From Eledone cirrhosa (Eukaryota), in the NCBI GenBank assembly GCA_964016885.1, contig OZ024743.1, forward strand, positions 15,996,001 to 16,060,000: DNA of 64,000 nucleotides, read 5' to 3'. Positions 1 through 13,535 of the stretch are shown here, piece by piece. Numbering within the stretch: the first letter of the stretch is position 1; each line of letters begins with the position of its first letter. The notes beneath the pieces were generated by a model that did not search any database, was not told where the DNA came from, and worked only from the letters and a program-made list of their open reading frames with translations. Both the position numbers and the translations under genes were made by a program.

Positions 1-343
1 GCATCCCCTTTACCTTTGTAGCAATTTATGAGAATACTGCTGCACCAGTCTTTGGGTATGACACCGCCATATATAGCTTGATTGATGATGCCTGCAACCA
101 GTTTAGTGCCTACTTCTCCTGATGCCTTCAGCATCTCAGCAACTATCCCCAACGGTCCAGCGGCCTTACCATTTTTCATTTCCTTAATTGCCTCTTGGAC
201 TCTATATTCATCAATCTCAATAGCTGGTCCCTCTGTCGGGTCTACTGGGGGTAATTTATCTCTCTCCCATTCGTCCTCCACATTCATCAGTATCTCATAA
301 TGACATTTCCAAGCCTCCTATTTTTGATCATTCGTGACACTAA

Positions 344-345
<2 letters not shown>
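1..345 (-). mobile_element. RTE-clade LINE fragment (region upstream of the RT core), cut by the window edge
   Basis: Reverse complement of 1-60 translates IPKDWCSSILINCYKGKGDA, matching IPKDWCSSIIVNCYKGKCDA in ORF 4834-6240; the fragment ends at a (TA)n run. Confidence 0.85.
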
Positions 346-377
<32 letters not shown>

Positions 378-1581
378 AGAGAGAGATAAACTTTGCTAGT
401 ATGAAAAACATGTTAAATGATGAAGACGATGATGATGATATTCTGTGAATTGAAACATGCCCGAGCAGTCTAATCAGATTAAGAGTAGCAGCTACTTTGA
501 GTTAATAGAACAAGAAATTGTAAATTTCAAGTAAATAGAACAAGAAATTATATTACTAGTTTGCCATTGTCTAGTAAATGTTTTAAGAGAAATTATTGAA
601 AATTTCGTTGCTATATATTTTTCTATTTTCTTAATAAAAAAAGAATAAATTTTTTCTTCTTTTGCTGTAGCAGTAGAGTTAGTTCTTTGAGTCAAATTTC
701 ACTACTGTACATAGTAAATGTTGTCTACGGACAACAGACTCATTCCATAAGTTCTATTTTTACTTAATGGCAATATTTATATATACTGTTTATTTTATAT
801 ATTTGTCATGGATCGTTCTTTCTTTATTTATATTTTTAGATTTGCAAACACTGCTTATAGCAAACATGGGTTTAACAAGCTTGAAGATTGAGACATTTTC
901 ATCAATTAATAGAACAGATATTTTACAGATGAACAAGTTTTAATACAGCTAACAAATAAAGTATAAAGTGAAAGTATTATTTAATTTTAGCTAGAATATC
1001 TGAGTGTGTTAATATTTTATATTCAATATAAAGATTCAAAGTCAGCCAATTTGACTACCAGACATATGCCATGATGACCCCCACCCATAAAATGACACAT
1101 AAGATTTTCATTTCTTTGCTAGAAAGAACAATTAAACCAATTTTATATAGTTGTAGGTTTGTTGCCACTGCATATATACACCATGTGCATTTCGAGGTAT
1201 GGCCAGCTGTTATACGTTGAAACAGATGTAGAATTAACATTAAGTTTTAAGTATAACTTGATTATTCTCTCTCCATTTATATATTAAAAGTTTATATATA
1301 TATTAAATGTTTTGAAATCCAAACACAGATTTGCTACAATAATCATAGCTTTAGAAATGTCAATTAGTGACAGAAAATTTGTCACCAGAAAGAATTGAAC
1401 TCTGTATCTCATGAATTCTGGCCAAGTGCATTTCCTTTATGCCAAATGGTAGCTGACAACAATTTCTGTCTAAATTAGGATCTGTATACAGTAGCATTAG
1501 AAAAGTAAAAAAAATACAAGAGAACAATACAATGACAATACATCTATATATTAATTTAATGCTTTATATAGTAGGTTGCAA

Positions 1582-1735
1582 ATTGGCAGTGTTGTTAAGA
1601 TGTTGGATAGAATGCTTTACGCTATTCATCCCACCTCATTGCACGCTCTGAGTTCAAATCCCGCTGATGTCAACTTTGATTTTCATCTTTCAAGGTCAAT
1701 AAAAAAAGTACCAGTCCAGTACTGGGGTCGACTCT
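1582..1735 (+). mobile_element. Degenerate tRNA-derived SINE, family S2
   Basis: B-box-like GAGTTCAAATCCC followed by AACTTTGATTTTCATCTTTCAAGGTCAATAAAAAAAGTACCAG, homologous to 11716-11900. Confidence 0.65.
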
Positions 1736-2084
1736 TCCTCTATAGAAAAAATCAGCTGTGTTCAGACCTGGAGAAGGTTGAACTCTGACATGTTTGAAAG
1801 TGCATTAGGCATATGGTGCTTCTACGACTCCACAAGGAGTTATAGGATCTTTATCCTATCCTTTATATAGTAGGAACAAAGCCTTAACATTTAGGATATT
1901 AGTCCTTCATCAGGTGATAAAATGAAAGAGAGGAGAGGATGTTTGGGAGAGAGAAGAAGATAGGTGAGAGTAAGGAAACAAAAATTGGAAATGGTTATCC
2001 ATATACTAGCTTTTATGCTCTTTGTGCACCCTCTTCCATGGATAATTACATGACCTAGGTATCAGAAACAATCAACCATATCTA

Positions 2085-3085
2085 TAGATCCTTCATGGGA
2101 TTGGAAAAGTATATATCACACATGTTCTTCCCAGTGATTACTCCTATGCATCTAGTACATACAAAAACTATCACATAACACCTCTTGTGTATCCAAGATT
2201 AGTATTGTGTACAGCGTATACAGTTTCTGCCTATTCATTTTTCTCTTACAGATTGAGCTATTAAACCAGATCATCCACATACAGGAGTTCCCTTGGCCAC
2301 TCACACTTTACTGACAGCTCCTCTATTCATGTTTCCACAGCTCACAAGCCATACTTCTACACCTAATGTTCTTAAAGACCTCCAAATAACACATTGAGCT
2401 ACTCTGTCAAAGGCTTTTTCTAGATCAACAAAAGCTAAGTATAGTGGCTTATTTTTGGCTAGGAACTTCTCTTGTAGTTGTCTCACTAATAAATTGACAA
2501 CAGTAGTAATTCTCCCGGACACAAAACCAAACTACATTTTATATAATTTGACTCTCTCCCTAATTAGCTGCACTGCACTAGAACTCTTTCTGTTACTTTC
2601 ATAACTTGGTCCATCAGTTTCATTCCTCTGTTGCTGCTTTTTTCTCGAACAGTACCTTTACTCATGTAGCAATTTATGATTGTACAGCTGCATCAGTTAT
2701 TGTGTATGATCCCATCTGATTTATTATGTGGGCTATTACTTCAGCTCCTATTTCTACAGAAGCTTTTAATATCTTAGCAACTATCTATAATGATCCCACA
2801 GCTTTGCTACTCTTCATATCCTTGATTGATTCTTTTACCCTATAACTTTCAATTACAATAGCTGGTCCCTCTAGTGGGTAAAGCATGATTAGTCCTCATC
2901 CCATTAATTCACTACATTCATCTGCCTCTCATAATAACATTTCCAGGCCTCTTTTCTTTGAGCATTAGTGGTGTTAAGGGCACCAGTGTCAATTTTAACA
3001 CAGTAACACATTACCTTGCAATATGGAAGTCTTCACGTCTGATCTTTATGCCGCAAGGTATTGGGCAAACATTGTTTTTTCAGCC
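2085..3085 (-). pseudogene. Degenerate RTE LINE ORF fragment (RT plus Cys-rich finger)
   Basis: ORF 2301-2522 contains LQEKFLAKNKPLYLAFVDLEKAFDRV; the flanks give frameshifted matches to ORF 4834-6240 and to the WIHKRC finger region. Confidence 0.85.
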
Positions 3086-4833
3086 TCTTTCCAAAATGGA
3101 TCATTTTGATTAGTTGAACACAAGTATTTTAGTTTATCAAAATTTTAATTGTTTCTGCAATCTTAGTGCAAGTTTATGTTTTCAGTTATAATCTTATTTA
3201 TAATTAATTTCCTCACCAATAATGTAAAGCAGAATAAATATAATTATATTTTGCTGAAAAACAGGTGCAAAATTTTGCAGATTGCAAATTGTAGTCCCAT
3301 GGTAAGAATAACAATTTATCATTGTATAAACTTTTTTATTTGAATAATAAAATAATCTTTAATGACTTCATTAAAAATTTAGATAAATCTCATATATCAC
3401 CTGGTCCAAATGCTCTTTGTTTAATATAATAATCTAAAACTCGTAGAAAATTTAACTTTTGCCCATTCATTTCCAAATTAGATATCTCAATTGCATTAAA
3501 TATTGCAAATAATTATTATTTATGATTCACATTTTCAAAATATTTTTTTCGTATACTTGTGTCTGCAACCAATTTGAAGAATATCATTACTAAATCAATG
3601 ATTATTTGCTTTTTCCATCATTTTTACAATTGTATTTAAATTGATATATCATTCATGTTAATTTCAAATTCAGAATACTCTAAATACAAACATCGTATCC
3701 CATATTATCATAAAGTGTAGTTGAATCCAAAGGAAGAATTAAAAAAATCATTTCATGAAGTATGTAATAATTGGTTATATCCAGGAAAAAATATCACATT
3801 CAGTCTTAATTAACTTTGAAAATTTGGTAGATTTTATTCATGTCATATCACTTACCAGATTAGTAGCCACCCTCCTTTCATTTAAATATGAGAGTCGTGA
3901 TTATATTAATCTGGAAGAATAAAGAATATACTGACATTTCAATAAAATTTATATCTATTGAAATCTTCCCTAATTTTTCTCTTTGTTGCAGTGTTGATGT
4001 TATGCCATGATCTTTTCAGTTGTAGACATTCCATTATTTCCTTTGTGTAACCTAAAATGTTCCAGTATTAGCGATACCTAATACATAAATACATATGCGG
4101 TAAACATACACATGTTTATGTAATATCAGCAAAAAAGTTAATTTCAATATATTCATAACCACACAGTTATGCCAGTACTTATGTTAGTAGGTTTGTTTCA
4201 CAAACACTTCATTTCAGGTTTGATCTCACTGCACAGCAGCATGGACAATTGCATTATACTTTAGGCAAACCAGTAAATTTTAAAATGTAGAAGATGGAAA
4301 AATAAATATATATGTAATACAAATATAACTAGGAGATAAGTTTTATTATTTGGAATCCCAACAATGTGTGTGAGATTATTCGTGCAAAGGTAATAAGAAT
4401 TAGAGAATATAAGACACAAGAACTGAGAGTGAGAATGTTAGAATTTTACCATAGCAAATTTAATGATCCCAAATATTTCCAGCTTTATCATCCCTTTTAT
4501 ATGTGTTTGTGTGCTTATACTAGAATAAAACCTGTTTTGTTGTATATGTTGTGTACATTTATCTTATAAGATAAATAGAGATAGATAAAATAAGTACCAA
4601 ATTGAAATATATAGGAAGTTAATATGATCTACGAAAAGTAATTAAAGCACTGACCCAGCATTTCAGCAGTTGAACTACTGAAGCTCAAATAAAAGAATGT
4701 ACATTAGCCATATATATTTTGTTGAAGATTGCTTGAAGCATTCTGTGTAGCATATAAACTAGTGTGTTATTCAAAGGCTGCAAACATGTGAACGGGACAG
4801 TAAATTTTGAAAACTTGAAGGCAATGAATATGT

Positions 4834-6240
4834 TTGTGTGACCCCTCAACCAGTAACAGATTTAAAGATATTTTATTCAACGCCTACGACAGTAAAGAAG
4901 AACAGATACAGACATTCAATGTAGAAGAGAACTGGGAGTTCCTAAAAAATAACTTACTAGAGGCGACGGATGAGGTTTGTGGCTGGAGTAAGACCTCAAG
5001 CAGGAGGAGAGTGACTTGGTGGTGGAACAATAAGGTAGATGAAGCAGTTAAGGCCAAGAGACAGGCATGGAAAGAATGGAAGAACGGGGGGAGCAGGGTA
5101 CATTACATAGAGACCAGGAGGGAAGCTAGGCGACAAGTATACTTAGCTAGGAGGGAAGCAGAGGATAGAAAATTCAAGCATGTTTTGCAACGTGAGGACC
5201 AGAAACGGGAGGTGTTCAAGATTGCAAGGCAGTGTGTCACAGAGAATTGTTATGTCATTGGAGAGAAGTGTATCCGGAATGATAACGGTGAGCTTGCCCT
5301 CACAAGTGCTGAGAAGAAAGATGCATGGAAGAGTCATTATGATAGATTACTAAATGAGGAGAATGCATGGGAAGAAGAGACCCTACCCCAAGTAGACCCT
5401 ATAGAGGGGCCAGCAGTACAAGTCAGCAGCAGCGTAGTAAGTAAGGCAATCAAAGATATGACAATGGGGAAGGCAACCGGTCCATCGGGTATAGCTGCCG
5501 AGATGCTGAAGGCATCTGGGTCTGTAGGTCACACTATAACCACACGTATTGTTAACCAGGTAATACTAGAAGGTGTCATACCAAAAGATTGGTGCAGTAG
5601 CATCATTGTCAATTGCTACAAAGGTAAATGTGATGCACTAGATAGAGGAAACTATAGAGGTATAAAGCTTATGGACCAGGTCATAAAAGTAACAAAAATA
5701 ATTATATCACAGTTGATTAGGGACCGGGTGAAACTAGACAAGATGCAATTTGGGTTTGCACCAGGAAGAGGCACCACTGATGCCCTCTTCCTTGTCAGGC
5801 AGTTACAGGAACAGTACCTAGCTAAAAGTAAGCCAGTCTACCTGGTATTTGTCGATCTTGAGAAAGCCTTTGACAGAGTTCCATGTGCTGTAATCTGGTG
5901 GGCTCTTAGAAAACTAGGAGTAGATGAATGGCTTGTGAAAGCGGTACAAGCCATGTATAGGGGAGCAGTCAGCAAAGTTAGGATTAGCAATGAGTATAGC
6001 GAGGAATTTAGCGTACAGGTTGGGGTCCACCGGGGCTCTGTTCTTAGCCCCCTCCTGTTCATCATAGTCCTGCAGGCAATAACGGAGGAGTTTAAGACCG
6101 GATACCCATGGGAACTCCTGTATGCTGATGACCTTGCACTTATAGCTGAATCTATGGTAGAACTAGAGAAGAAATTCCAAACTTGGAAGCAGGGACTAGA
6201 AAGAAAGGGTCTCAAAGACAACCTGTCTAACCCAGGCTAG
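4834..6240 (+). CDS. RTE-clade non-LTR retrotransposon ORF fragment (linker plus RT core); 5'-truncated and internally deleted
   Basis: Uninterrupted 468 aa with TWWWN, GNYRGIKL, QFGFAPGRGTTDA, FVDLEKAFDRV, GVHRGSVLSPLLF and LLYADDLAL; no endonuclease domain; fused directly to the element 3' end and GATGATGATG tail at about 6266-6278. Confidence 0.93.
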   Translation: MCDPSTSNRFKDILFNAYDSKEEQIQTFNVEENWEFLKNNLLEATDEVCGWSKTSSRRRVTWWWNNKVDEAVKAKRQAWKEWKNGGSRVHYIETRREARRQVYLARREAEDRKFKHVLQREDQKREVFKIARQCVTENCYVIGEKCIRNDNGELALTSAEKKDAWKSHYDRLLNEENAWEEETLPQVDPIEGPAVQVSSSVVSKAIKDMTMGKATGPSGIAAEMLKASGSVGHTITTRIVNQVILEGVIPKDWCSSIIVNCYKGKCDALDRGNYRGIKLMDQVIKVTKIIISQLIRDRVKLDKMQFGFAPGRGTTDALFLVRQLQEQYLAKSKPVYLVFVDLEKAFDRVPCAVIWWALRKLGVDEWLVKAVQAMYRGAVSKVRISNEYSEEFSVQVGVHRGSVLSPLLFIIVLQAITEEFKTGYPWELLYADDLALIAESMVELEKKFQTWKQGLERKGLKDNLSNPG

Positions 6241-6624
6241 CATGGAAGAACGGACGTAAAAGGGGGATGATGATGATGTTACCTTTTATTCTATTTATCT
6301 CACCTAATATTTGAAGACAAAAATACCTTCATCAGTGGATTATAAGAAATTGGTTTAAGGCTGTATACTTTTGTTGTTCTAGATTCACTGTCTTAATTTC
6401 TTTGCTTTGAAGCTTGTAAACAAAGAAAGTGAAACAAAGATTTCATATAAATGAAACAGTTCTAGTGCTCTAGATTAATTCTAAATAATACATATGATTA
6501 TTCTCTACTAACATATGGAGTACATTATTTAACTTTGGTATATTTTCAAATATATATATATATATAGAATTTTAACAAATATATATATATACACACACAC
6601 ACATATATAAATATATATATATAT

Positions 6625-6748
6625 ATATGAATAAAGTTAGTCCTTCATTGGTATTTCATCGCTTTAAATGATGGTTGGAAGATCACTGATGAAGGACTAA
6701 CTTTATTCATATGTAACCCATTAGCACCACGCAGCACGTTTATTCTCA
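6625..6748. repeat. Small fold-back with one-sided tail, between (TA)n runs
   Basis: ATATGAATAAAGTTAGTCCTTCA is inverted as TGAAGGACTAACTTTATTCATAT, followed by about 36 unpaired bp; contains CTGATGA but no downstream GAAA. Confidence 0.65.
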
Positions 6749-6769
6749 TATATATATATATATATATAT

Positions 6770-7460
6770 ATGGAAAAAATGAAATTTCATTACTCACTCT
6801 CAGTACGGCTGATACTTAAATATAAGTATGTATACGTACATCCATATATGATTCAGACGTACAGTAGTATGTATATACACATATACATGCACACATATAT
6901 ATATGTACTTATGGGTTTACCGAACATTTATTATAATTTTCGCTTTGTTTGTAAACAAACAGCCCGAATTAAGCCATACAGTGTTCGGCAACCATCGTTG
7001 CCCTTTTGTTCAACACTGACAAAGGAACAATGAATTAGTTTCTAGCTTATTAGCTGTCATCAACACTGTATACCTTCCTGTCAATCGATTGAACTTTTGA
7101 AAGTATATACTTTCCTTATGCATATTAACAGCTGAGCAGCCTAATTTACATATCGAGTGAGTTAGTCAGCTGGGCGTACCGAAAACGATAAATGGAAAAA
7201 ATGAAATTTCATTTCTCACTCTTAGTACGGCTGATACTTAAATATAGGTATGTATACGTACATACATATATGATTCAGACGTACAGTAGTATATATATAC
7301 ATACATACTTGCACACATATATATATGTACGTATGGATTTACCGAACATTTATTATAATGTTCGGTAAAGCCATACGTACATATATATATGTGTGCACGT
7401 ATGTATGTATATACATACTACTGTACGTCTGAAATATATATGTATGTACGTATACATAAT
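6770..7460 (-). mobile_element. Hammerhead-bearing non-coding repeat, family A, array 1
   Basis: A unit of about 422 bp starts at 6770 and again at 7192, then folds back at about 7355. Same sequence as 29235-30215 and 54795-55480. The hammerhead copy at about 7026-7069 is degenerate. Confidence 0.85.
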
Positions 7461-7479
7461 TATATTTATATATATATAT

Positions 7480-7837
7480 GGAGGCACATGGCTTAGTGGT
7501 TAGAGATTTGGCCTTGCAATCGAAAGGTTGTGAGTTCAATTCTCAGACCGGGTGATGTGTTGTTTCCTTGAGCAAGACACTTTATTTCACATTGCTCCAG
7601 TTTATTCAGCTGTAGAAATGAGATGATAGGGACTGGGGTTCATATCATTCCACTGCAAAGTGGTCGTGGATGTGCCACAGCAAAAAAGCACCCAGCCCAC
7701 ACTGTAAAGTGGTTGTGCAGGTGCCACGGCAAAATGAGGTTGGTGTTAGGAAGGGCATCCAGCTGTAGAAATCAAGCCAGAATCAGTTCCCGTCCCAACC
7801 TTGCAAGAAGGGAAAAAGTGGACGTAAAATGAAATGA

Positions 7838-7841
<4 letters not shown>
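7480..7841 (+). mobile_element. tRNA-derived SINE, family S1 (tRNA head, CORE-like body, RTE 3' tail)
   Basis: A box TGGCTTAGTGG, B box GAGTTCAATTC, CCTTGAGCAAGACACTT body, then sequence shared with the RTE 3' UTR at 44255-44520 and a GAT tail. Confidence 0.85.
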
Positions 7842-7873
<32 letters not shown>

Positions 7874-7891
7874 TTAATAAATATATATATA

Positions 7892-8057
7892 CCGTATTTC
7901 TGGGCATCGAAGATGCTACTTTTTTCCTAAAATAAATCACAAAAATCTACCATGCATCCTGGAGGCTGAAGGTTGTTTATTACTTTTTCAAATTTTTGGT
8001 TGTCAAAATTAGGGTGCATCCTCTAGGACGAAGCATCTTCGGTGCCAGGAAATACGG
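7892..8057. mobile_element. MITE, Tc1/mariner-pogo type
   Basis: TIRs CCGTATTTCTGGGCATCGAAGATGC and GCATCTTCGGTGCCAGGAAATACGG, TA on both sides, 166 bp, no ORF. Confidence 0.85.
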
Positions 8058-8164
8058 TATATATACATATATATATATACATATGCCAGGTAGGCTTAGG
8101 TACTGCAGATACCCTCTTTCTGGTGAGACTATTAGAGGAGGGGTACTTAGTTAAAAGCATTTGT

Positions 8165-9120
8165 ATATCTGGAGAAGGACCCACGTTCTATAATCTGGTG
8201 GGCACTTAAGAAGCTAGATGTTGACAAATGGCTTATGAGGGACATGCATAACATGTATAGAGGAGCAACCAGCAGAGTGAGAGTTGGCAATGAATACAGT
8301 AATGAATTTGAAGTGCAGGTGGGGGTCCACCAGGGATCAGTTCTCAATCCATTCCTGTTTATCAATGTCCTTTAGGCCATCAGTGGGAGCTCCTATATAT
8401 TGACAACCTAATCCTCATAGCTGAATCTGTAGGAGAGTTAGAGGCACATTTTTAAGCATGGAAGAAGAATATAGAGTTGAAAAGCTTAAAAGTAAGTTTA
8501 ACAAAGATGAAAGTTTTTATATGTAGGGGAAAAGACAGGAAAATGATACCCTCAGCAAAGTGGCCTTATTCGATATGTAAGAAAAGGCTGGGTAAAAATT
8601 TTATAACCTGCTCTCAATGTAAATTATGGATGCACAAGAGATGAAATGAGATTGCAGGCAGGCTAACAGAAATGCTAGAGTAAAGAGTAGACTGTATGAT
8701 GCCTGTCTGTGAAATGCAATGCTACATGGCAGTGAAACATGAGCCTTGACTGCAGAAGACCTGCTTAAGCTAAAAAGAAATGAGTCAAGTATGCTCCAAT
8801 GGATGTGTTATGTTAGTGTGCATGAGTGACATAGTGTAAGCAAACTGAGGGTAAAAATTTGACATGAGAAGAATTATATGTAGTGTGCAAGAGAGAAGAC
8901 TGCACTAGTATGGACATGTGATGAGCATGAAAGATAACAGTTGCGTGAAGAAATGCCGAGAAACCCCAGTTTCTGAGACCTGCGTAAGAGGCCAACACAG
9001 GAAGACTTGGGATGAGATGGTGAAGACCAACCTTAAAAAGCTAAACATTACAACAGAAATAACTAAAGGCCACAAGGGCTGGCAATATGTGGTGCTGACA
9101 AAGACCCAACCTGCAACCTA
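8165..9120 (+). pseudogene. Degenerate RTE LINE fragment (RT to C-terminus)
   Basis: Translates IWWALKKLDVDKWL...QVGVHQGSVLNPFLF and later MMSMKDNSCVKKCR...RKTWDEMVK, with stops and frameshifts; homologous to ORFs 4834-6240 and 44560-45510. Confidence 0.85.
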
Positions 9121-10339
9121 GAATGTGGCTTGACCTACCCATGAGTTCATTTCCTTCCACTAGCACTCACTAATTATTTTCAGCATCATTACACCATCCT
9201 CACCACACACACACTACCAAGTATCATTACAAATCCCTAGCCATTATCCTGTTGTGTAGTAGTTGTTGATGGGAAGGGCTTACAAGCATGGCGGGTTTGC
9301 CAAACAAATATATTTATATTTATAATTAGTAATGGCACTGCTTCGTGTATATGGAACAGTTCTGTATATATGAATCATTTCTATACAAAATAAAGAGGCC
9401 TATACCCATTTTTAACAGTGTTCATTTCTGGATCTCCATTGGGAATCCACCCATAATTATATATATATATACAAATATATAAGGGGTGGGGAGTGTGCAT
9501 GCGTGTATGCATAGGTAGATCATATAAACAAGGAAACTGAAAATTTAGCACTTCGGGAACAAATCTACAAGTGCATCCTTGTCATTCTAACTGTCAGAAA
9601 TCTATGAGCTAGTGACTAGTCCATTAGAAAATTATAATTAATGATACAGTTGTTCACAAACTGTGTTGTGAGAGAAAATATATCTATAAATGCAACCATA
9701 AAAACAACAACAAAGAGCTGCACTGACAATTTATTATCTAATACCAACTCTGTATCTGATAGTCTCAGTAGTTTGAATGAAACCTATCTTATCAAAGCTC
9801 TTATCCATTGCCCATGTCCAGCTTGGTCCCCCTTGCATACACCACCAGCATTATAAATTGATTAAAAGTTGCAGTGGTCAAATCCATAAGATATATTTCT
9901 GGTGCGTTTTGGTTCAGAAGCTGCAATTAACAGCAAGTTATTCATATATTTGTTAATGACTTTGTTAGTGTAATGCATGGGAAGAGTGAATAATATTCAA
10001 ATAATGAACATAGTTGTATATTCAGCTCCATTGAATCTCTTCAAAATTCTGTTAGATTCCAGTGCTTATCTTTTGGTATGGTGTTGCAACTGGCCAACAA
10101 AATACAAGGTTACAACAAAAAGATAAATAGAAAACAACATGGTGTCACCCTAGTTCAAAGCATCATCACAAAATTGATTATGTTATATTTCATCAGCATC
10201 AAAGATATACAAGATCATATAGAATTGCAGAATATTGGTCTGGCTATCATGTGGTTTACAACAAGTTCAGATTTAGTTAAATTCTAAAAATAGGAAAATC
10301 CAAGACAAATATGACAAAAAAAGTGAATATGCTTTTGTG

Positions 10340-11090
10340 GAATGTTTTCCATTTTCAGAAAGAGGTTTCTGTAACAATTGAACATTATATCAGAAATTTG
10401 GATGTCAAGGATGGTGGGATTGTTGTCATTTGAAAAGTGTATGCAGTTTTGGATATACTTCAATTATATAGATTCAGGGATTTTATAAAAAAAAAAAGAC
10501 AGGACTGGTTTGAAATAAAGGAAATCGATATTACCTTTGGTCACAGGTTAGAGATTGCTGATAAAGAGTCATCTGCTTACAAAAAAGCCTTATAACTTTA
10601 CAAATTATGCTGTCCAGGTTCATCTAAGTTTAATGACAGAAGCCTAGTAGCAAAACAAAACATAAACAATGTAGGAGGCAATGGCAACCCATAAGAAAAA
10701 TATCTTTTTACGGTCATCTGAAATATGTCATATCAGATCAAACAAAATAGGTCCTCACCTCTAATTTCATTGGATAGTTCAAGGTTATTGGAATATCAAA
10801 ATAGTATTCCTAAGTATGCACAGAAAATTTTGATGTGCTATCAAATCATAAATTTGTTGTTGATAACAAAGTAATAAATTCAATGAAATATGGGTCAATG
10901 GTTGATGAGTTTAAAAGGGTATTAAACAAAAAAGAAGAACAACCATGCATAGAAAAATGTCCACTCTATGCCAACATTTTCCATGCAAGATATAAAAATG
11001 ATGATGAAACAAATAAAAAGATTATGAAATATATGGCCTTCATATAACAAAGTTCATCATATATCTGTACCTTGAAATTTCTTCTTCACA
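10340..11090 (+). pseudogene. Possible ancient DNA-transposase fossil (hAT/ZNF862-like)
   Basis: A stop-containing reading includes FGHRLEIADKES, resembling the C-x-AHRLELA-x-KD motif of hAT-type transposases; a single motif only. Confidence 0.3.
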
Positions 11091-11715
11091 ATACAGGCCA
11101 AGGTATGGTTGTGGAAGAGCAGCAGTCAGTCATGCATGGGAGATGCCTCCATGTACACTACCAATGTTGTCTGATGGAAAGGCAAGGTGTGCTATTACAT
11201 GGCACAAATGCTAGTAGAAATACCAAAGGGAATTTTGTCCAATAGTCTAACAATTTCACCAATCCATTGGGTGCTCCAATTGTTTCTACACTGGAATGAT
11301 GTAAGGCAAATTTAACCCAGCAGTATTTGCATTGAAAACAAAAAGAGCTAAAACAATTGTAGCAAGTCATTTTGTTGGACACTTTAATTATTCTATCCAC
11401 ACACCAGAATTATAAGTACACCTTTATTTAATATTACTGCATACAAGTAAGTGTTTAAGTTAGCGTACAATTAAGTGTTCAATGATGTATATGTCCTTAT
11501 CCCATTATTCTTTTTTTACTTGTAGCATTAGTGTCAAAGATCACAAGGTTGTGTCAAGAAGAACTTATACACGTTAAATAGCATATTCACAGTGCAGAAT
11601 ATGTTAAAAGGTTGCTGCAAACATTCCAATCTATGAAGAATAGATGGAATAAACCAAAAGTATAAATAAACAACACGGAACAAAAATTCCCAACATAATT
11701 AGAGTAAAAAGGACG

Positions 11716-11900
11716 GATTGGCAGTATCAGTAGAGGGTCGGACGCCATGCTTTGCAGCAAAGAGTTACGGCCTTTTATGGTCTGAGTTCAAATCCTGCTG
11801 AGGTTAACTTTGCCTTTCATCCTTACGGGGTCGATAAAATAAAGTACCAGTAATACACTGGAATAATTGCTGGTCTTGTGGCAAAAGTAGAAACAATTAT
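11716..11900 (+). mobile_element. tRNA-derived SINE, family S2, full length with TSD
   Basis: TGGCAGTATCAG A-box-like and GAGTTCAAATCC B box; core TTTGCCTTTCATCCTTACGGGGTCGATAAAATAAAGTACCAG (resembles the MetaSINE domain, from memory); flanked by ATTAGAGTAAAA(A/T)GGA direct repeats. Confidence 0.85.
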
Positions 11901-13535
11901 TAGAGTAAAATGGATTTGCTTCCATATTTAGGATATGAATGTGTAAAAATTAATATTGTATGGATATTGAAATTAATGGGAATGTTAAGTGTGCAGTGCT
12001 CTCTCTCTGAGGATTGAGTGATTAAAAATGTAATAGATGCAATGGGAGTAATCATGAAATTATATTTATGAATTGCCTAGAATGTTCACTTCATTTAGTT
12101 CATTAGATGTTATATTTGTTGTTTAACACCAAGTAAGCCTTAATTGAGCACACCTATGATCCAAGGTATTCCAGATGTGACCATTCCGTCATTGTGTAAC
12201 TTTACAGAAATGTGCATCTTTCTTTCTTTTTTTCCTTTTGCAGGTTCAAAAATCATGTTGAGGATTTTGCTCATCAGTTTGTCATTGATTGTTTTTCATT
12301 AACTAGGTGATCTAATTAGTTGTCAAGGTGAAAGTACTTCCATCTTTCTAATTTTTCTTTTTGCACTTGAAATTAAATTTCCTAAAGAAAAAAATAGATC
12401 ATCTTCATAAGTTTTGCTGCGTAAATGATCTAATTATTTCTCAAGGAAATTGCAACAGCTAAGGCAAATATTAAAAATAAACAATACAAAAATATGACTA
12501 AAGGTCAGATAGCTATTATATTTGTTTCCAACAAAGTATTTTCTGCCAATTCAAAAGATAGACTGTATTAAGTATTTGTAACTCATATGACCGTTGAAGG
12601 TGATAAAACACTGAATTGAATGTAAAAGTTTTATAAGCTACCAATAAATGAAACAAGTATGTTCTTTTGGATTTGCAATGTTGAAATGCATGAAATATGG
12701 AAAATGAGAGTGCTAGGAAAATAGCTTGGATCTGAGGAGAGAATGCTGCATACCATATATGCTGGTATACAAGTTGATCCGGCGCATAGGGCAGCACCTA
12801 AAATTCTGAAGTGTAATTCAAGTTTAGGCCTATATTCGTTGGATAAGATGACCCCCCAAAATAAGGCAATACCATCTTCCTGTTTTCTTCATTTGCACAA
12901 AATATTAAACATGAAAATAAACACTAAATAGTTGTAAACTAAAAATGCTTGTGCAGAAAGTACAATTTCAGTTGCAAGTGAGTTCTAACTCACTGAGTAA
13001 ACCAGCCTAGCCTAACCTTAACGAACGTATAGTAACCTATGGTAACCAAATCTATGAGCAACTGCAAGTCATCGTCATCACCGTTTTACGTCCGTTCTTC
13101 CACACTAGCATGGGCTACCTCTACATTAAATAGACTTAAGAAATATGAGATTCAGTAGGAAATGATTGTGGTGGGCTGTGTGAGTTATGGTAAGCAGTGT
13201 ACAATGAGTGTTAGGCAGGCAGTTTCACTGTTTACCCCTCAGTGGTTAAGGTTCACAAACTATTCAACCACTAGTTTTGGAGAGATGCTTTTAGGCTCCA
13301 AATATCGACTTGTATGCCGGCATATTAGTAGGTATGTATATTTCATGTGAACAGAGAATGAGTGTTGCATGGACAATTGCCAACAAACACTTGACTAAAA
13401 ATGATATGGGGCAACAGTAAGAATCAAATCAGTCACTAAATTACAAAGAACGGAATATGTGGTATACAAGAGTCATCCAACTGATGAAAATATGGGAAAT
13501 AATGGATGTTGAATGATTATACATATAATTATAAT

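Noticed and set aside
840-945. Possible LRR-like exon (DLQTLLIANMGLTSLKIETFSS) after a TTTTAG acceptor
   Set aside because: One weak repeat, a stop soon after, and no partner exons; it needs RNA-seq or BLAST support.
7480-7550. tRNA gene
   Set aside because: A and B boxes are present but there is no proper acceptor stem, and the head continues into a multi-copy SINE body.
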